Of a stretch of 64,000 nucleotides of DNA, positions 40,042-51,513 are shown piece by piece. The stretch comes from a virus. The stretch spans positions 12,992 through 76,991 of IMG/VR virus record IMGVR_UViG_3300022226_000004. One strand, given 5' to 3'. How positions within the stretch are numbered: position 1 is the stretch's first letter; every line of letters starts with the position of its first letter. Made by a program: the position numbers and the translations under genes. Under the pieces are notes generated by a model. That model saw only the letters and a program-made list of their open reading frames with translations, did no database searches and was not told the origin of the DNA.

Positions 40042-42680
40042 GTTACTACAATGACAACACTGACATGGATTCTAATGATCATCTTCACTGGCATCGCAGC
40101 CCGCCTAACGGTGAGAGCCAAGCAGTATGATGCTCGACACAAAGGCAAGAAGCACAAAACATTGCGACTGACATGAAGGACATCGTGGCGGTCGCGATTG
40201 CGTTCCTGTTTGTGGCACTGGCTTTCCTGCTAGTGCTACAAGTTCAGGAAATCACGGAGGAGCAAGGGGCCAAGGAATGGGAGCAGCTAATCAAATGAAA
40301 CGGAAACTGACAGACGCTGAGAAGAACATGCGGGAGTGGATAAAGCAGCACAACAAGCGCAAATGGGCGGACATCAAGCGCCGCAAGAAGTTTGTGCCGC
40401 TGCCAGCCCACCAAGAAGTAACACTCAAATGAAGGCATGAGTTATGAACCCTGACGAAGTGGTGGCAACGCTGTTCGAAACACCATTCGGGCAGTATTGG
40501 GAGGTTCATGCACGGGACGGACAGAAACTCGGTGAGGTAGCCGGAACAGTGGTTACTGACGCGCAATTACACTTGCTCTTGGATGAGAGAGCCGTCGAAG
40601 AGCACGGGTCTGTTCGGATCCTGCAAGCAAGGCAGGTTATCTGCGGGGTGGAAAGGCGGTAGCACTGCGATGCATATCAGGATCAATACTTTCGCGGACG
40701 ACGAGGATGAGGCTGAATATATCGTCGCGCAACTCACCAAGAAGATACATGAGCAGCTTCGCCGGCCGCCCGCCAAGTGCACGGCACCAGAGGACGCTGA
40801 CGTGCTACGCAATCGCAATGGAACAATCATGGGAACCATCAAGGTAAGGAAATGAGAGCCGACATAGACCAAGACAAGAGTTACTGGTGGGGCTCAGGCT
40901 CTGGGCGCATTGAGTTCAATATGCCTGGGGAAGCAGTCCTTGATTGTCATCATCAAGGGGCATGCGACGAGGACGTGGAATACTGGCTGCCGAAAGCTAG
41001 GGAGTGGTTGAAGGATGTATCGGACGAGCTTCTGAGTGCCGAGCTCAAGGAGTATGGAGCATGGGATGAAGAAGAGCGAGAGGATCGTGACGACAATATC
41101 ATGCGCCTGATCTGGCTCGCTGCCGGCGACATCCAGGAAGATGACGAAGCAGAGGAGGAAGAATGATCACTAAAGCAAAAGCCAATGAGATCCGGCGGCG
41201 CAGTGAGCGTCTAGAGAAATGGATCACAGACAACGGCTATCGGGACAAGACTGGGTGGGCAAGCTACCCCTCTGACAAGGTGCCAAAGAAGTGCAGAGTC
41301 GGCAACACGGAGTTGTCCGCGCTTGAAGTCTACGAGTGGATGACCAGCCCGCCTGACAAATACTTCCTGTATGTCAGCGAAGACAACGCAACGGCCACCA
41401 CCTGGATGGGCGACAAGCTTGGGGCAGTGACGTTCGGCAAACCCTATAGTTCTCCAGGGTTTGGCGGCTTCGGGAGCCAGAGGGTGCCCGTCAGGGTCAA
41501 GGGGATCAATGGAGTGGAATACTACGGGACATACTACAAGTCATCGGGTGACTACGCAAGGGTGAAGAGATGCAACTAATCGACGAACTAAAGGAGCTTG
41601 CCAGGAATTGGCAGCACAAGCGAGACACGGGATCCCTGATCGAAGATCGTGGATTCAACAACGCGAAGGCAATGTGCGCCCACCAGTTGCTGGGAGCACT
41701 GGAGCAATACGAAAAAGACAATGACATTCAATAAGGAAACGCATACATGGACTCACGACGGGGCGACGATCGAACCAACTAGCGATGGGAGCTTCTTTGT
41801 CCCCACGTTGGGGCGGACGTATTCGTCGCTTGATGCTGCAGAAAAAGCCATTGGAAAAGCTGCCCGCATTGACCGCAAAAAGCCAAAGGTAGAATTCATG
41901 TGGGTTAAAGGCGAGGAAGTCAAGCGGGCAACGTTTGGCGGCATCCACTTCGGTAGCGGCCGGCCAACCATTAACGGAAAGCAAGAATACAGCTGTCAGT
42001 ATGTCAACTCCTCCAAGGCGGCCAGGTTGCGCCAAGTTCTTCAACAGATCGAGGCGCTTGTCAAAGAGAAGCAACGACTACTCCGATTAGTGATAACCAC
42101 ACAAGATCCGGAACAAGACCAGGAGCGCATAGCAAAACTACTAGAAGAAAGCATGAAGTCATGAACAGTATAGACTACGGAACACTGAACGGTAAGATCC
42201 TATGCAACAACGACGAAGAGCGGCTTGTTCGCTACGGTGTGGTTCACATCAACTCCCTGCACTACGATGTCTGGGACGACCTCGAGGCAGACTTCGGGCT
42301 ACCTGTGTGCCAAAAGTGCGGCAATGCAATGGAGGACGTTGAGCCTCTTGACGGTATTTATCATTGCCCGCTGTGCAGGCGACAGAACCATGAGGACGAA
42401 GTCTTCGGCGATGAGCCTGCCTACTACTACTACGTCGGTGAGGGCTGCAAGATGTTCAGCGCCTTCGACAACACCTGCCTGTTCGTGACCAAGAGCACGC
42501 ACGTCATGAAGGTTAGGCTGTGCTCACCTTGTGCACCTGGGGCGGGCGACATCGACAGCCCGGACGACGACCATGGATGGTGGGCATACTGTCCTCCGCC
42601 TTCCTGGTGGCCGGACGGCGAGGCGCCTGAGATGCATAAGGTCAGTGAAAGAAAGAAGTGGAACATATAAGAGAAAAGCA

Positions 42681-43019
42681 ATGAAGAACATGAAACTAGT
42701 GGGTCAGCTTTTGGAACTCCTAACTGATGACAGTTCGGAAGCAGGGTGTCACGCCAATCACATCGATGCCTTCATAGGCAAGTCGGTATTCATCCGCACT
42801 GTCACCCTGTATTACACAGGGCGCCTGGTCAAGGTGGAAGACAAGTTCCTTGTGCTCACAGATGCGGCTTGGATAGCAGACACGGGTCGCCTTAGCGAGG
42901 CGTTGATATCCGGGCAGTTCAATGAAGTAGAGCCGATGCCCGGACCAATCCTGGTAGCAATTAACGCCATCGTAGAGCTGTCCGAGTTTAGTCACCCTTT
43001 GCCAAGAGTGGCAAAATGA
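42681..43019 (+). CDS. Small Sm/SH3-like beta-barrel protein (DUF6948-like)
   Basis: IGKSVFIRTVTLYYTGRLVKV..FLVLTDAAWIADTGR; probable start 42681. Confidence 0.6.
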   Translation: MKNMKLVGQLLELLTDDSSEAGCHANHIDAFIGKSVFIRTVTLYYTGRLVKVEDKFLVLTDAAWIADTGRLSEALISGQFNEVEPMPGPILVAINAIVELSEFSHPLPRVAK

Positions 43020-43357
43020 CAGCTGCGTTATTGGCTGGGTGTTGGTTTTCGCCTAGGTCTGAGCCTGCATCTTTGTCTAGGTCTTGGTCCAGGGTTTTGA
43101 CTGGGTCCAGGTCTTGGGCTGGGTCTAGGTCTGGGTTTTCGTCTAGGTCTGGGTCTTCGGCTGGGTCTTGGGCTAGGTTTTCGGCTGGGTCTTGGTCTTG
43201 GGCTAGGTCTGGGTCCAGGTCTTGGGCTGGGTCTAGGTCTGGGTTTTCGTCTAGGTCTGGGTCTTCGGCTGGGTCTTGGGCTAGGTTTTCGGCTGGGTCT
43301 TGGTCTTGGGCTAGGTCTGGGCCTAGGTCTGGGTCTGGGTCTAGGTCTGGGGGATAG
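43016..43357 (+). CDS. Ser/Gly/Arg/Trp low-complexity repeat protein
   Basis: ATGA-coupled; alternating S/A with R/G/W. Confidence 0.55.
   Translation: MTAALLAGCWFSPRSEPASLSRSWSRVLTGSRSWAGSRSGFSSRSGSSAGSWARFSAGSWSWARSGSRSWAGSRSGFSSRSGSSAGSWARFSAGSWSWARSGPRSGSGSRSGG
43101..43321 (+). repeat. 108-bp tandem duplication built from hexamers (TCTGGG/TCTAGG/TCTTGG/GCTGGG)
   Basis: Units start at 43101 and 43209 and encode an identical 36-aa peptide twice. Confidence 0.9.
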
Positions 43358-46081
43358 ATGGATGCAACCAAAAAATCAAGATATGAATCGTGTAGCTATT
43401 ATTGTAATGGCCCTGACGGCAGCGTTCTTTATTACTGTTATCGGGAAAGCACTCTGGTCATGCACTTCCAGGCATCGCAACAATGTCACCCAAAAGAACA
43501 AACGTGACAGGCAGATATGGGAGGCCAGCCGGATTGACTGGGATGCACTGGCTAAAATGCCCATAGAGGAACGAGTGCGGCAAGTAGATAGTCTGCACCA
43601 AGCAGGTCAGCTAGTCGAGAGGGAGGCAGAAGATATATGAAGCCATGGAACTAACACTAACATTGCTTACTAGCGGGCGCGTCTCCGTGCAGTTCGAAGG
43701 CGTGACCCACTGCGAGACCTCGTTGACCTATGAGGCCGGCGTAAAGGTAGGGCGAATCGCGGCTAATGATGAGCCGACACTCGGCATTTCAATGAGTGTC
43801 GCACCTGCCGCAAATAAAAGTGAATTCGATGCCTTCATTGAAGGCCTTCGAGATGGACAACAACAAGTGAACGAAGAAGTATGAAAGCACAACAGAATGA
43901 AGTTTGGGATGCACTGTGCAGGCTCTCGAAGCAAGAGCGTTTCGTGGAGTTCTGCGTGTGGGTCAGCGACGCAAGCGAAGATGAGCTCAGGCTAGTGCTG
44001 ATCGAGGTCTTGTCTGCGGATGACATGGTGAACTGGAACAGCAAAGTGAAAAGATTGAGACTATGACAGCACAATACATTATCGAAGCACTCGACCTCTT
44101 TGAGTCCGACATCACGTTCGGTGAGGTAGGGGAACCTGGATACGACAGCGAGCCAATGTATGCGTTCGCCAATTGGAATAGCACACGGGCCTTCGTGCTC
44201 GGCAAGGGCTATGTCGGCGAGAAGGACAACACGATGCCGCGCATTGCGAAGCTGCTCGAAGCTAAGGGCGTTGTGTGCGAGTATCCGGACGAGTGGGCTA
44301 GCTGCGAGGACTGTGGCAAGTTCTTTCGCACCAGTCCTGATTGTTATGGGTGGCTGCCCACGATCATCATCGGTGAATACGGTGGAGGATCCTGTATCTG
44401 CCCTGACTGCATTGATCATGCGGACTACCTTGAAGAACTTGAGGGCGACCACGAGACCGCACTAAAGGTTGACGCAATCGACCCAGCTGAGCACGGCTAC
44501 CACAGGGTGGACGACGAGTTCGAAACCGGGTTTCACCGGGGTCAAGATGACTCCCCCAAGAAGGTTGCCAAGGCGCTGCGAGACCAGGGCATTACTAGGT
44601 TCTTGTTCCGGGTGGATAGCGTCGGGCAGTTCGATTCGAACTGGTCTGTGTGGATCCACGATGAGGAATGGGAGCGCTTCAAGGGCTTGCAGGGCAGTGA
44701 CACCCGATTCGATCCCGGAATGTCGCCCTCCGAATGCATGGAACGTGGGCTGAAAGCAGCTACGAATGAGCACAGGGCTGGGCATGTAACGGTGAACCGC
44801 ATCGACACATCCACCGGGGAATGCACGACAGAGTTCAAGACAAAGCAGGAGTTCATAGAAGGAAGGTAACACAATGATGTATTGTTCATGGGTCACAGTC
44901 AGCATCCCAGCGTCAAAGCAGGAGGAATACCTGGAGGCATTAGCGTCACCTGCGCGTTCGCATGGCTCGCCCGACAAACTAAGTGGGGAGACCGGGCGCA
45001 AGTATGTCACACTGGAATGGGAGCAAGCAAGCGCTTCAGTGTCGAGCTTCTGTGTTGACGGCATTCCCATGGTTGGGCAATGCGGATCCACTGAGGAGTT
45101 CCCGGCCGAGAAGTGGGCGTGGGACGGCACTAGATACGAAGTGTCGCAAATCAACGAGGACGAAGCCCACCTGTTGGCTGTGGGCGAAGGCACTGAGCCG
45201 GGATATGTCGATGAAGACGACCTGAATTCCGGGATCAAAAGTATAGAGAGGTTTCTAAAGTTCATGCACGAATGCGAAAGGATGCTCGATGGGTAACGGA
45301 AGAATACTATTAAGAAAGGCCTCGACCAACGAGGAAATGTGGTTCAACAAACAGGGAGTGTGGTTAGCTGGAGCCCTGATCTGGGCTGGTGGCTCCAAGA
45401 TCTACGTGGTGGCAAACGAAGGATCTGTCATGGAGACGGTTCACGCCCGGCAACTAGAACTAATAATTGAACCGATGCTCAGGCTGCCATGAAACTAGAG
45501 GCCATACTGTTTGTAACCGTGTCTGTTTTGGCCATACTTGGGGCGGTTATCGCGATCAACAAATGTGAGCAGCGCCTCCGTCAAGCCGGGGAAGCGGACA
45601 GTGAAACACAGCGCCGGCCGCTCGCGCCCAATGCGAGACCGGAAATCAGGTATGACCCGATCGGCATCGAGAAGTTCGTTAAGCCGTATGATGCAAGGCC
45701 TGAGATTGACCTAGGCAGTGGCATAAAGCTAAAACTCTAACATGATAGCAACGAAGGAAATTCACATCATACTGCAGGCTGCGCGGGAGAGGATCTGGCG
45801 GGGCATGCAGCAGCTAGAGCAAGAGCTGGCTGTGCATCTCTCGTTTGTCCGTGGCGACGAAAGTGCTTTTCGGAACTGCTACTATTGTCCAGCGCCAGGA
45901 TCCAAGTGGAAGAAAAGAGACGAGAGAGCAGGCGAGCTAAGGGAACAGATCGATAGCCATGCCACCATGCTGCAATTCCTGGACGACATCATTGAGCACA
46001 GGGGCGACACCAAGGAGAGAGCCAAGCTGTTCGCGCAATACCTCAGTGGCGATCGCAGTTTCCTCCAGCCACGAAAGTAGG

Positions 46082-46282
46082 TTGACAGAATAACGTGGGC
46101 ATGCAAAGTTCTTTGGCGGTGGGTGTTCTGTAACTTCACCCACTCCATTGCCGGCGGCCAAGACGAGAGCCCACGCGTCTTGGCTGCCTCACTTTTCCGG
46201 GCGCGAGTTCTAGCGGCGCGGGGCTGCGTCGCCTCAAACCCGGCGGCTACCAGACCGTATCTGGTAAACAGAAAGATAACAC
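46082..46282 (+). promoter_or_regulatory. Promoter plus structured 5' leader of the DUF932 gene
   Basis: TTGACA at 46082, followed by four consecutive hairpins. Confidence 0.5.
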
Positions 46283-47467
46283 ATGAGTAATACCACACTG
46301 ATGGGCCAAGCTACTCGAGCTGGCCTCACACCTGACGCAAGTTCCATCACGACCGCAGAAGCTTGCCGGCAATGGGCGAGCAGACCGGAGGACGAACGCT
46401 ACGAATCCCTTGATGCCTTGTTTGATGCGTGCAACTCGCGTCGCTCCCGGTCTCGAGAGGTTCACGTGGAGACAGCCAAGCTCGTTGTTAAGCCGCACGA
46501 CAGCGGCGAGCTCGTGATCAATGGCGAAACCAGCGAGTCTAGATGGACACACTGGAGCTTCGGCCAGACCTGCCAGCTGGTCAAAGCACCGGCATCCTAC
46601 ATGCGGACGCTGCCTGATGTTCTGGTTCAAGCCAACCTGACGCACGGCCTGATGACCACACGGGACACCATGAAGTTCATGACGATAAACCCGGAGGAGG
46701 ACGATGAGCTCACCACTCTGCAGGCCGTGACATCCACGACTTATGGCCGGATCTGGGATGCTGACTGCGTCACTGCGTGTCAACGCATCGTGGAGCGCAG
46801 CAATGGGCGCTTCCATAACCCGCTGGCCTATGCTGGTGGAGATTGGATGGGGCAGCAAGGCAGCACACCAAGGCCTAGCGGGCTCTACGCCTCCGATCGT
46901 GACGTGTTCATGTTCCTCATCGATGGCGGCTCATTGCTTGAGGCTGGGCCTAGGGCTCAACTCAATCGGGGCTTCTTCATGTGGAACAGCGAGGTTGGAA
47001 GCCGATCGTTTGGGATCATGACCTTCCTGTTCAACCAGGTGTGTGGCAACCACATCATCTGGGGAGCCCAGGATGTGAACAAGGTGATCATAAGGCACTC
47101 CAGCGGTGGACCTTACAGGTTCGAGCAAGAGGGAGCACCAACCCTGGATCGGTTCGTCAATGCCCCGGCCGCCCCGATTGAATCCGCGATCAAGAAGGCA
47201 CAGGATTACCTGCTGCCGAAGGCCAAGGATGAAGACACTGAACTCAAGGTGATCCGTTCGTTTACCGAACGCCGTGCCAAGTTCTCGGGCGCCGAGGTGC
47301 GTGATGCCATCAGGTTCGCCAAGGCTGAGGAGGGCGATTGCCGCACGCTATGGCAGCTCGTTCAGGGTTTCACCGCAAGTGCCCGCGCAATCCCCCACAT
47401 GGACACCAGGATTGACCTCGAGAAGCGGGCTGGCAAGCTCATGGATATCGTGACAGTCGTAGAATAG
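46283..47467 (+). CDS. DUF932 family protein
   Basis: QWASRPEDERY.SL, THWSFGQ, YGRIWD, LYASDRDVFMFL, RGFFMWNSEVG, VCGNH. Confidence 0.8.
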   Translation: MSNTTLMGQATRAGLTPDASSITTAEACRQWASRPEDERYESLDALFDACNSRRSRSREVHVETAKLVVKPHDSGELVINGETSESRWTHWSFGQTCQLVKAPASYMRTLPDVLVQANLTHGLMTTRDTMKFMTINPEEDDELTTLQAVTSTTYGRIWDADCVTACQRIVERSNGRFHNPLAYAGGDWMGQQGSTPRPSGLYASDRDVFMFLIDGGSLLEAGPRAQLNRGFFMWNSEVGSRSFGIMTFLFNQVCGNHIIWGAQDVNKVIIRHSSGGPYRFEQEGAPTLDRFVNAPAAPIESAIKKAQDYLLPKAKDEDTELKVIRSFTERRAKFSGAEVRDAIRFAKAEEGDCRTLWQLVQGFTASARAIPHMDTRIDLEKRAGKLMDIVTVVE

Positions 47468-47476
47468 GAGCCCACT

Positions 47477-47779
47477 ATGGACAGAATCTCTTTAGACAAT
47501 GGCGGATGGTTCGACAGGAGTCAGGCCAAATGTTACGAAGAGGACCTATTGTGGGATGGCAAAAACTACATCTCATGTGCTACCCGGTCCCAATGGGAGC
47601 ATCAATACCTCTACCACACGACTGGAGGCTCATGGGTCCTGTATAAGTGGAGTCAGTTCCAGGGCTCACTCCCATCCTACACGCAAATCACAGCGCATGA
47701 AGCCGTCAGATGGCTCATCATGAACGGACACGATATTCCTGACAACCTGAAGGCATTAGCAACGGAACAAGAGCTCTAA
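47477..47779 (+). CDS. Hypothetical phage protein
   Basis: WDGKNYIS..QWEHQYLY.T..G.WVL..WSQ.QG motif. Confidence 0.65.
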   Translation: MDRISLDNGGWFDRSQAKCYEEDLLWDGKNYISCATRSQWEHQYLYHTTGGSWVLYKWSQFQGSLPSYTQITAHEAVRWLIMNGHDIPDNLKALATEQEL

Positions 47780-47808
47780 CCCCTGACGACCATGAGGGAC
47801 CATTTGCC

Positions 47809-48195
47809 ATGAAGAAGAAATCGAAACCGAAACCCGATGGGCTTCCGCCGTTGATCGACTTCGGGCAGAAGGAGGTCATTAGACACCGGTGCCTCGTTTG
47901 CCAAGAACCGACCGGCAAAGAGGAACAACGAACCATCTCGAAAGAAGCCGACCCACTCAAGGAGAAGACAGTCGCCGATGTGACCTGGGGCCTTTGCGGC
48001 GATTGCGCATCCAAGGCTGAGTCCGGTTACACCTTCATTTTTTGTGAGGGCAACGACCCGCGTGTGGCTAAATTTGGCCCAGACCTTTCAAAGAAGCTAT
48101 TCAAACCCGAGGCAATTGGCCAGGTTTTACGCGTGTCTGTCCAGGAATTCGATGCGATGCAGGAAAAACTTGGGATGCGCAAAGAAAACACTTGA
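47809..48195 (+). CDS. Zn-finger hypothetical protein
   Basis: CLVC...CGDC. Confidence 0.6.
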   Translation: MKKKSKPKPDGLPPLIDFGQKEVIRHRCLVCQEPTGKEEQRTISKEADPLKEKTVADVTWGLCGDCASKAESGYTFIFCEGNDPRVAKFGPDLSKKLFKPEAIGQVLRVSVQEFDAMQEKLGMRKENT

Positions 48196-48226
48196 CGTTT
48201 AAAGAGAGTGGGCATAGGCTCGCCTC
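48192..48226 (+). promoter_or_regulatory. Leaderless promoter of the recombination/replication operon
   Basis: TTGACG-17-TAGGCT-6nt-ATG 48227. Confidence 0.65.
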
Positions 48227-49201
48227 ATGAGTGAACATCTTGAGTCGGAAAGCGCCCCACTAATTCAACCATCCCACCTGTCAGCGATCGAGAAAGCACA
48301 GATCGACAGCCAGGTAGCCACGGCGAAGAAATACCCGAGATCCCTGGCCGAGTGTAAGAAGCGCATGCTCGACGTAGTCCAGCTGGATCAGGAGACAGCA
48401 GCGAGTTGTTTCTATACCCTGCCTGCTCGAGCGGCAGGAACCAAGCCTATCCAGGGACCCAGTATTCGATTGGCCGAGGTTGCTGTGGCTAGCTACACCA
48501 ACCTGGCTGCCGGAGCTAGGATAGTGGAGGACGACGGAACATTCGTGACAGCTCAAGGGGTGTGCTTCGACATGGAAAACAATACCAGGGTCACGATGGA
48601 AGTGAAGCGCCGGGTTCGTGACAAACACGGGCGCCGGTATTCTGACGATGTCGTGGGCACAACCATGAACGCAGCGTGCGCCATCGCATTCAGGAACTCT
48701 GTGTTCAAAGTTATCCCCGGAGCTTTGGTCAAACCCGTCTACCAGAAGGCCTTGGAATACGCCGTCGGTGACAAGAAGACACTGGCTATGCGCCGCTCTA
48801 AGGCGGTCGAACATTTCAATAAACTGGGCATCGATAACGAGCGGCTCTTTGCCGCCATCAACGTCAAGGGCCTAGAAGAGATCACCTTGGATAAGCTCGG
48901 TGTCCTTCTCGGCTATCACACTGCCATCAGTGACGGCGACATGACTTTGGACGAAGCTTTCCCGGAGGTAGACAAACCAAAATCCTCCGGGCTCACACCA
49001 CCACAAAAAAAAGCAAAAGCGAAGAAGCCTGCCACGCCAGCAGGCAATGGAGGCAAGGAGAAGGAGGTAGCTCCCACTGCTGCAACCGAAGCTGCCCCTT
49101 CTCCAACTCTCCCGGAACCAGACCCAAATGATGCTGCCGATGATGAGCCAGAGCCGGATGAGCCGAACTCATCACAAGACGAGGAACCAGAACTATTCTA
49201 A
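48227..49201 (+). CDS. Putative ssDNA-annealing recombinase
   Basis: AKKYPR..CFYTLP..IQGPSIRLAE motif, acidic tail ending ELF, next to an exonuclease. Confidence 0.55.
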   Translation: MSEHLESESAPLIQPSHLSAIEKAQIDSQVATAKKYPRSLAECKKRMLDVVQLDQETAASCFYTLPARAAGTKPIQGPSIRLAEVAVASYTNLAAGARIVEDDGTFVTAQGVCFDMENNTRVTMEVKRRVRDKHGRRYSDDVVGTTMNAACAIAFRNSVFKVIPGALVKPVYQKALEYAVGDKKTLAMRRSKAVEHFNKLGIDNERLFAAINVKGLEEITLDKLGVLLGYHTAISDGDMTLDEAFPEVDKPKSSGLTPPQKKAKAKKPATPAGNGGKEKEVAPTAATEAAPSPTLPEPDPNDAADDEPEPDEPNSSQDEEPELF

Positions 49202-49382
49202 TGAACCAGCGACGAGCTAAGATGATCAACAGTCTGGCGGCAATCGTAGCTGCCAGTGACCCCGAAGATAGACCAGCCAAGTTTTTTGCCAGACAATGCC
49301 GCAAGTCATACCTTCGAGTGCCGAGGCCTCTGCGCTTCCAATGGATGCAGGAACTGGAACAACAAGTCATGAGTGACAGGGC

Positions 49383-50525
49383 ATGAGCGACGAACGAAAA
49401 GGGCTGCCGTCAGCCAGTGAACTCGGCCGCATTGTAGCATGCCCTGGCTACCTCAAGGCGAAGGCCAAGTTCCCGCACACCGAGCAAAAGCATTTGGCTT
49501 ATGCCGCCAGTGGTGAGGAGATCCATGACCAGCTTCAGCAAGAGGTAGGTGATGAGACATTCGAATGGCAGAACCTGACCCAGCGAGAGGAGTGGGTTGC
49601 TGAGCGCTGTGTCCGCATCCGAAGGGAGCTCTGCAAAGAACTGCTCGGCCAGGAAGAACCCGAAGACCCTTATGTCGAACAACGGTTCTGGCTCAAGAAG
49701 GTAGGCACGGAGTGCTTCAGCTCCCGCGTTGACTTCGCAGCCTTCTCTCATGATTGGCGCAAGCTGCTGATCGTGGACTACAAGTCAGGGCCAGGCATCT
49801 ACCCTGATGCTACGATGAACTGGCAGATTCATGGGAGCATAGCGGCAATGGCTTACAGTGTGGCGGAGTCCGACCCCGAGAAGTTTGACAAGCTGAAGAC
49901 TGTCTACGGAGCCATCATCCAACCCTTGGTCACGGTGAAGCCTGAAATCCTCGAGCTTGATGCCGCAGAGATTGCCCCACTACAAACGCAAGTGAGGCAT
50001 GCGCTTTCGGCGGCCAAGTTGAAGTCACCTCCGAGGATCCCTGGGTTGCACTGCATGTATTGCCCTGTCAGTGGTGCTTGCCCAGAGGCACAGGCAGCCA
50101 CACCGTTAGTCATTGAGACCAGGTGGAAGGATCAGTTGCCTGACCTGCCTCCAGCATCCATCGCAAGGATGTTGCCTTATGTCTCCGTCATTCAACAACG
50201 CTTGGATGCGCTGAAGGAGCGAGCTAAGGACATACTGAGGAAAGACCCGGATGCTCTGCCGGGATACGTTCTTAAAGAAGTAGCAGGCGGGCATGAAGTC
50301 AAGGATGTTAATGCTTTCGCCAAGGTGGTTTCAGATCATGTCGGGCGTGACGACTTGCGCCCGTTGATGAAACTTCCAGTTGCGCAGGTCAGGGACATGT
50401 GGGTTGAGCGATATTCAAAGTCCGCGAACACCACGAAGGTTGAAGCCAAAAAAGTATGGGAGCTCCTTATCGAGGACGCCACGACCCAGAAGCCTAGCCA
50501 CGAACGTTTATTCAGGAAGAAATGA
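49383..50525 (+). CDS. Cas4-like PD-(D/E)XK exonuclease (DUF2800-like)
   Basis: SAS..RIVACPG, G..IH, VEQR, VDF, VDYKSG, NWQ, PGLHCMYCP..CP. Confidence 0.8.
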   Translation: MSDERKGLPSASELGRIVACPGYLKAKAKFPHTEQKHLAYAASGEEIHDQLQQEVGDETFEWQNLTQREEWVAERCVRIRRELCKELLGQEEPEDPYVEQRFWLKKVGTECFSSRVDFAAFSHDWRKLLIVDYKSGPGIYPDATMNWQIHGSIAAMAYSVAESDPEKFDKLKTVYGAIIQPLVTVKPEILELDAAEIAPLQTQVRHALSAAKLKSPPRIPGLHCMYCPVSGACPEAQAATPLVIETRWKDQLPDLPPASIARMLPYVSVIQQRLDALKERAKDILRKDPDALPGYVLKEVAGGHEVKDVNAFAKVVSDHVGRDDLRPLMKLPVAQVRDMWVERYSKSANTTKVEAKKVWELLIEDATTQKPSHERLFRKK

Positions 50526-50974
50526 ATGCGATAACAGAACAGGAAAAACTAGTTGCCGCCCTTTACAAGGGGTTGGCTCCGATGCGTGAGAAAACTTCGC
50601 TCAATGAGCAGGAGTCTCAGACGATAGCATGGGCAGCGGTGAGCACGTTCGACTTGCTCAAACAGCACTGGCTCAAGGACATCAGGACGGGGCTCCTCAA
50701 CGGGGAGGCCAAGACCAAGATTACATTAGGCCTGTCTATTGACTTCTCGTCAGAGCCGGGATCCATTGACACCAAGATCGTGGGCAACTACGGCAAGTGG
50801 GACGACTCGACTGGCGCCATCTTCTTGCGGGATGCCAAGCAGTTTGAGCTCCCGTTCATGGGTGAAGCAAGACTTGCGACACCCGAGGACGAAGACAACG
50901 ACGAGGAGGACGACAACGACGAGGAGGAAGACGATGGGGATGCTGAGGACGATGGCACGCCGGATCTTACGTGA
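50522..50974 (+). CDS. Hypothetical protein with acidic tail
   Basis: 150 aa, coupled. Confidence 0.6.
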   Translation: MNAITEQEKLVAALYKGLAPMREKTSLNEQESQTIAWAAVSTFDLLKQHWLKDIRTGLLNGEAKTKITLGLSIDFSSEPGSIDTKIVGNYGKWDDSTGAIFLRDAKQFELPFMGEARLATPEDEDNDEEDDNDEEEDDGDAEDDGTPDLT

Positions 50975-51042
50975 GACACCGGATGCATACCTGGCCGCGA
51001 AACTCAAGGCGGCTCAGGACAAGGAACTAAAGGCGGCTGAAG

Positions 51043-51513
51043 ATGAGAATGACTCAAGAGGATGTGGATGCCTACCTGAAGAAGCGCAAGGAGAAGGCAC
51101 CCAAGCTTCCTGCTCCGACAGCGAACGCACTGGCTGACGCCGGCAACCAGGGCTGGCGAAACAAACCGACAGCGGTCGAAGCTGAGTATCACAAGATGCT
51201 CCTAAGGCAGGGTTATACCCACGTTCTTCGAGAACCAATGGCATTCATCATGGGCAGGAAGTGTAGATATACACCTGACTTCATGACGATCCATGAATCA
51301 GGCTCAATCTGGTTTCATGAAGTCAAGGGGCCATATACCTATGAGGACGCCAAGGTGAAATACAAGGTGGCAGCCTCGATGTTTCCTTTCTTTGGCTGGG
51401 TTCTCGCGGTCAAGAGCAAACCGGGATGGACTAGACTGGATCTAAGAACAAACCAACCGCTCTCAATAGCGGCAACACTAGATAACTATGAGATGGAAAG
51501 AATACCTCAATGA
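51043..51513 (+). CDS. PD-(D/E)XK endonuclease (DUF1064-like)
   Basis: RYTPDFM..FHEVKG..DAKVK.KVAA..FP. Confidence 0.75.
   Translation: MRMTQEDVDAYLKKRKEKAPKLPAPTANALADAGNQGWRNKPTAVEAEYHKMLLRQGYTHVLREPMAFIMGRKCRYTPDFMTIHESGSIWFHEVKGPYTYEDAKVKYKVAASMFPFFGWVLAVKSKPGWTRLDLRTNQPLSIAATLDNYEMERIPQ

Larger units (their letters stand above)
36416..46080 (+). other. Early region of ~30 small, tightly coupled hypothetical genes
   Basis: Co-oriented ORFs with ATGA/TAATG overlaps (e.g. 36416, 36660, 36863, 37003, 37190, 37375, 38691, 39210, 39425, 40444, 40852, 41163, 41721, 42161, 43362, 43645, 43881, 44063, 44874, 45289, 45489, 45742); many are acidic or Cys-rich. Confidence 0.75.

Noticed and set aside
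42988-43371. Minus-strand Asp/Pro repeat ORF
   Set aside because: Antisense shadow of the hexamer repeat; the whole region is transcribed on plus with coupled starts
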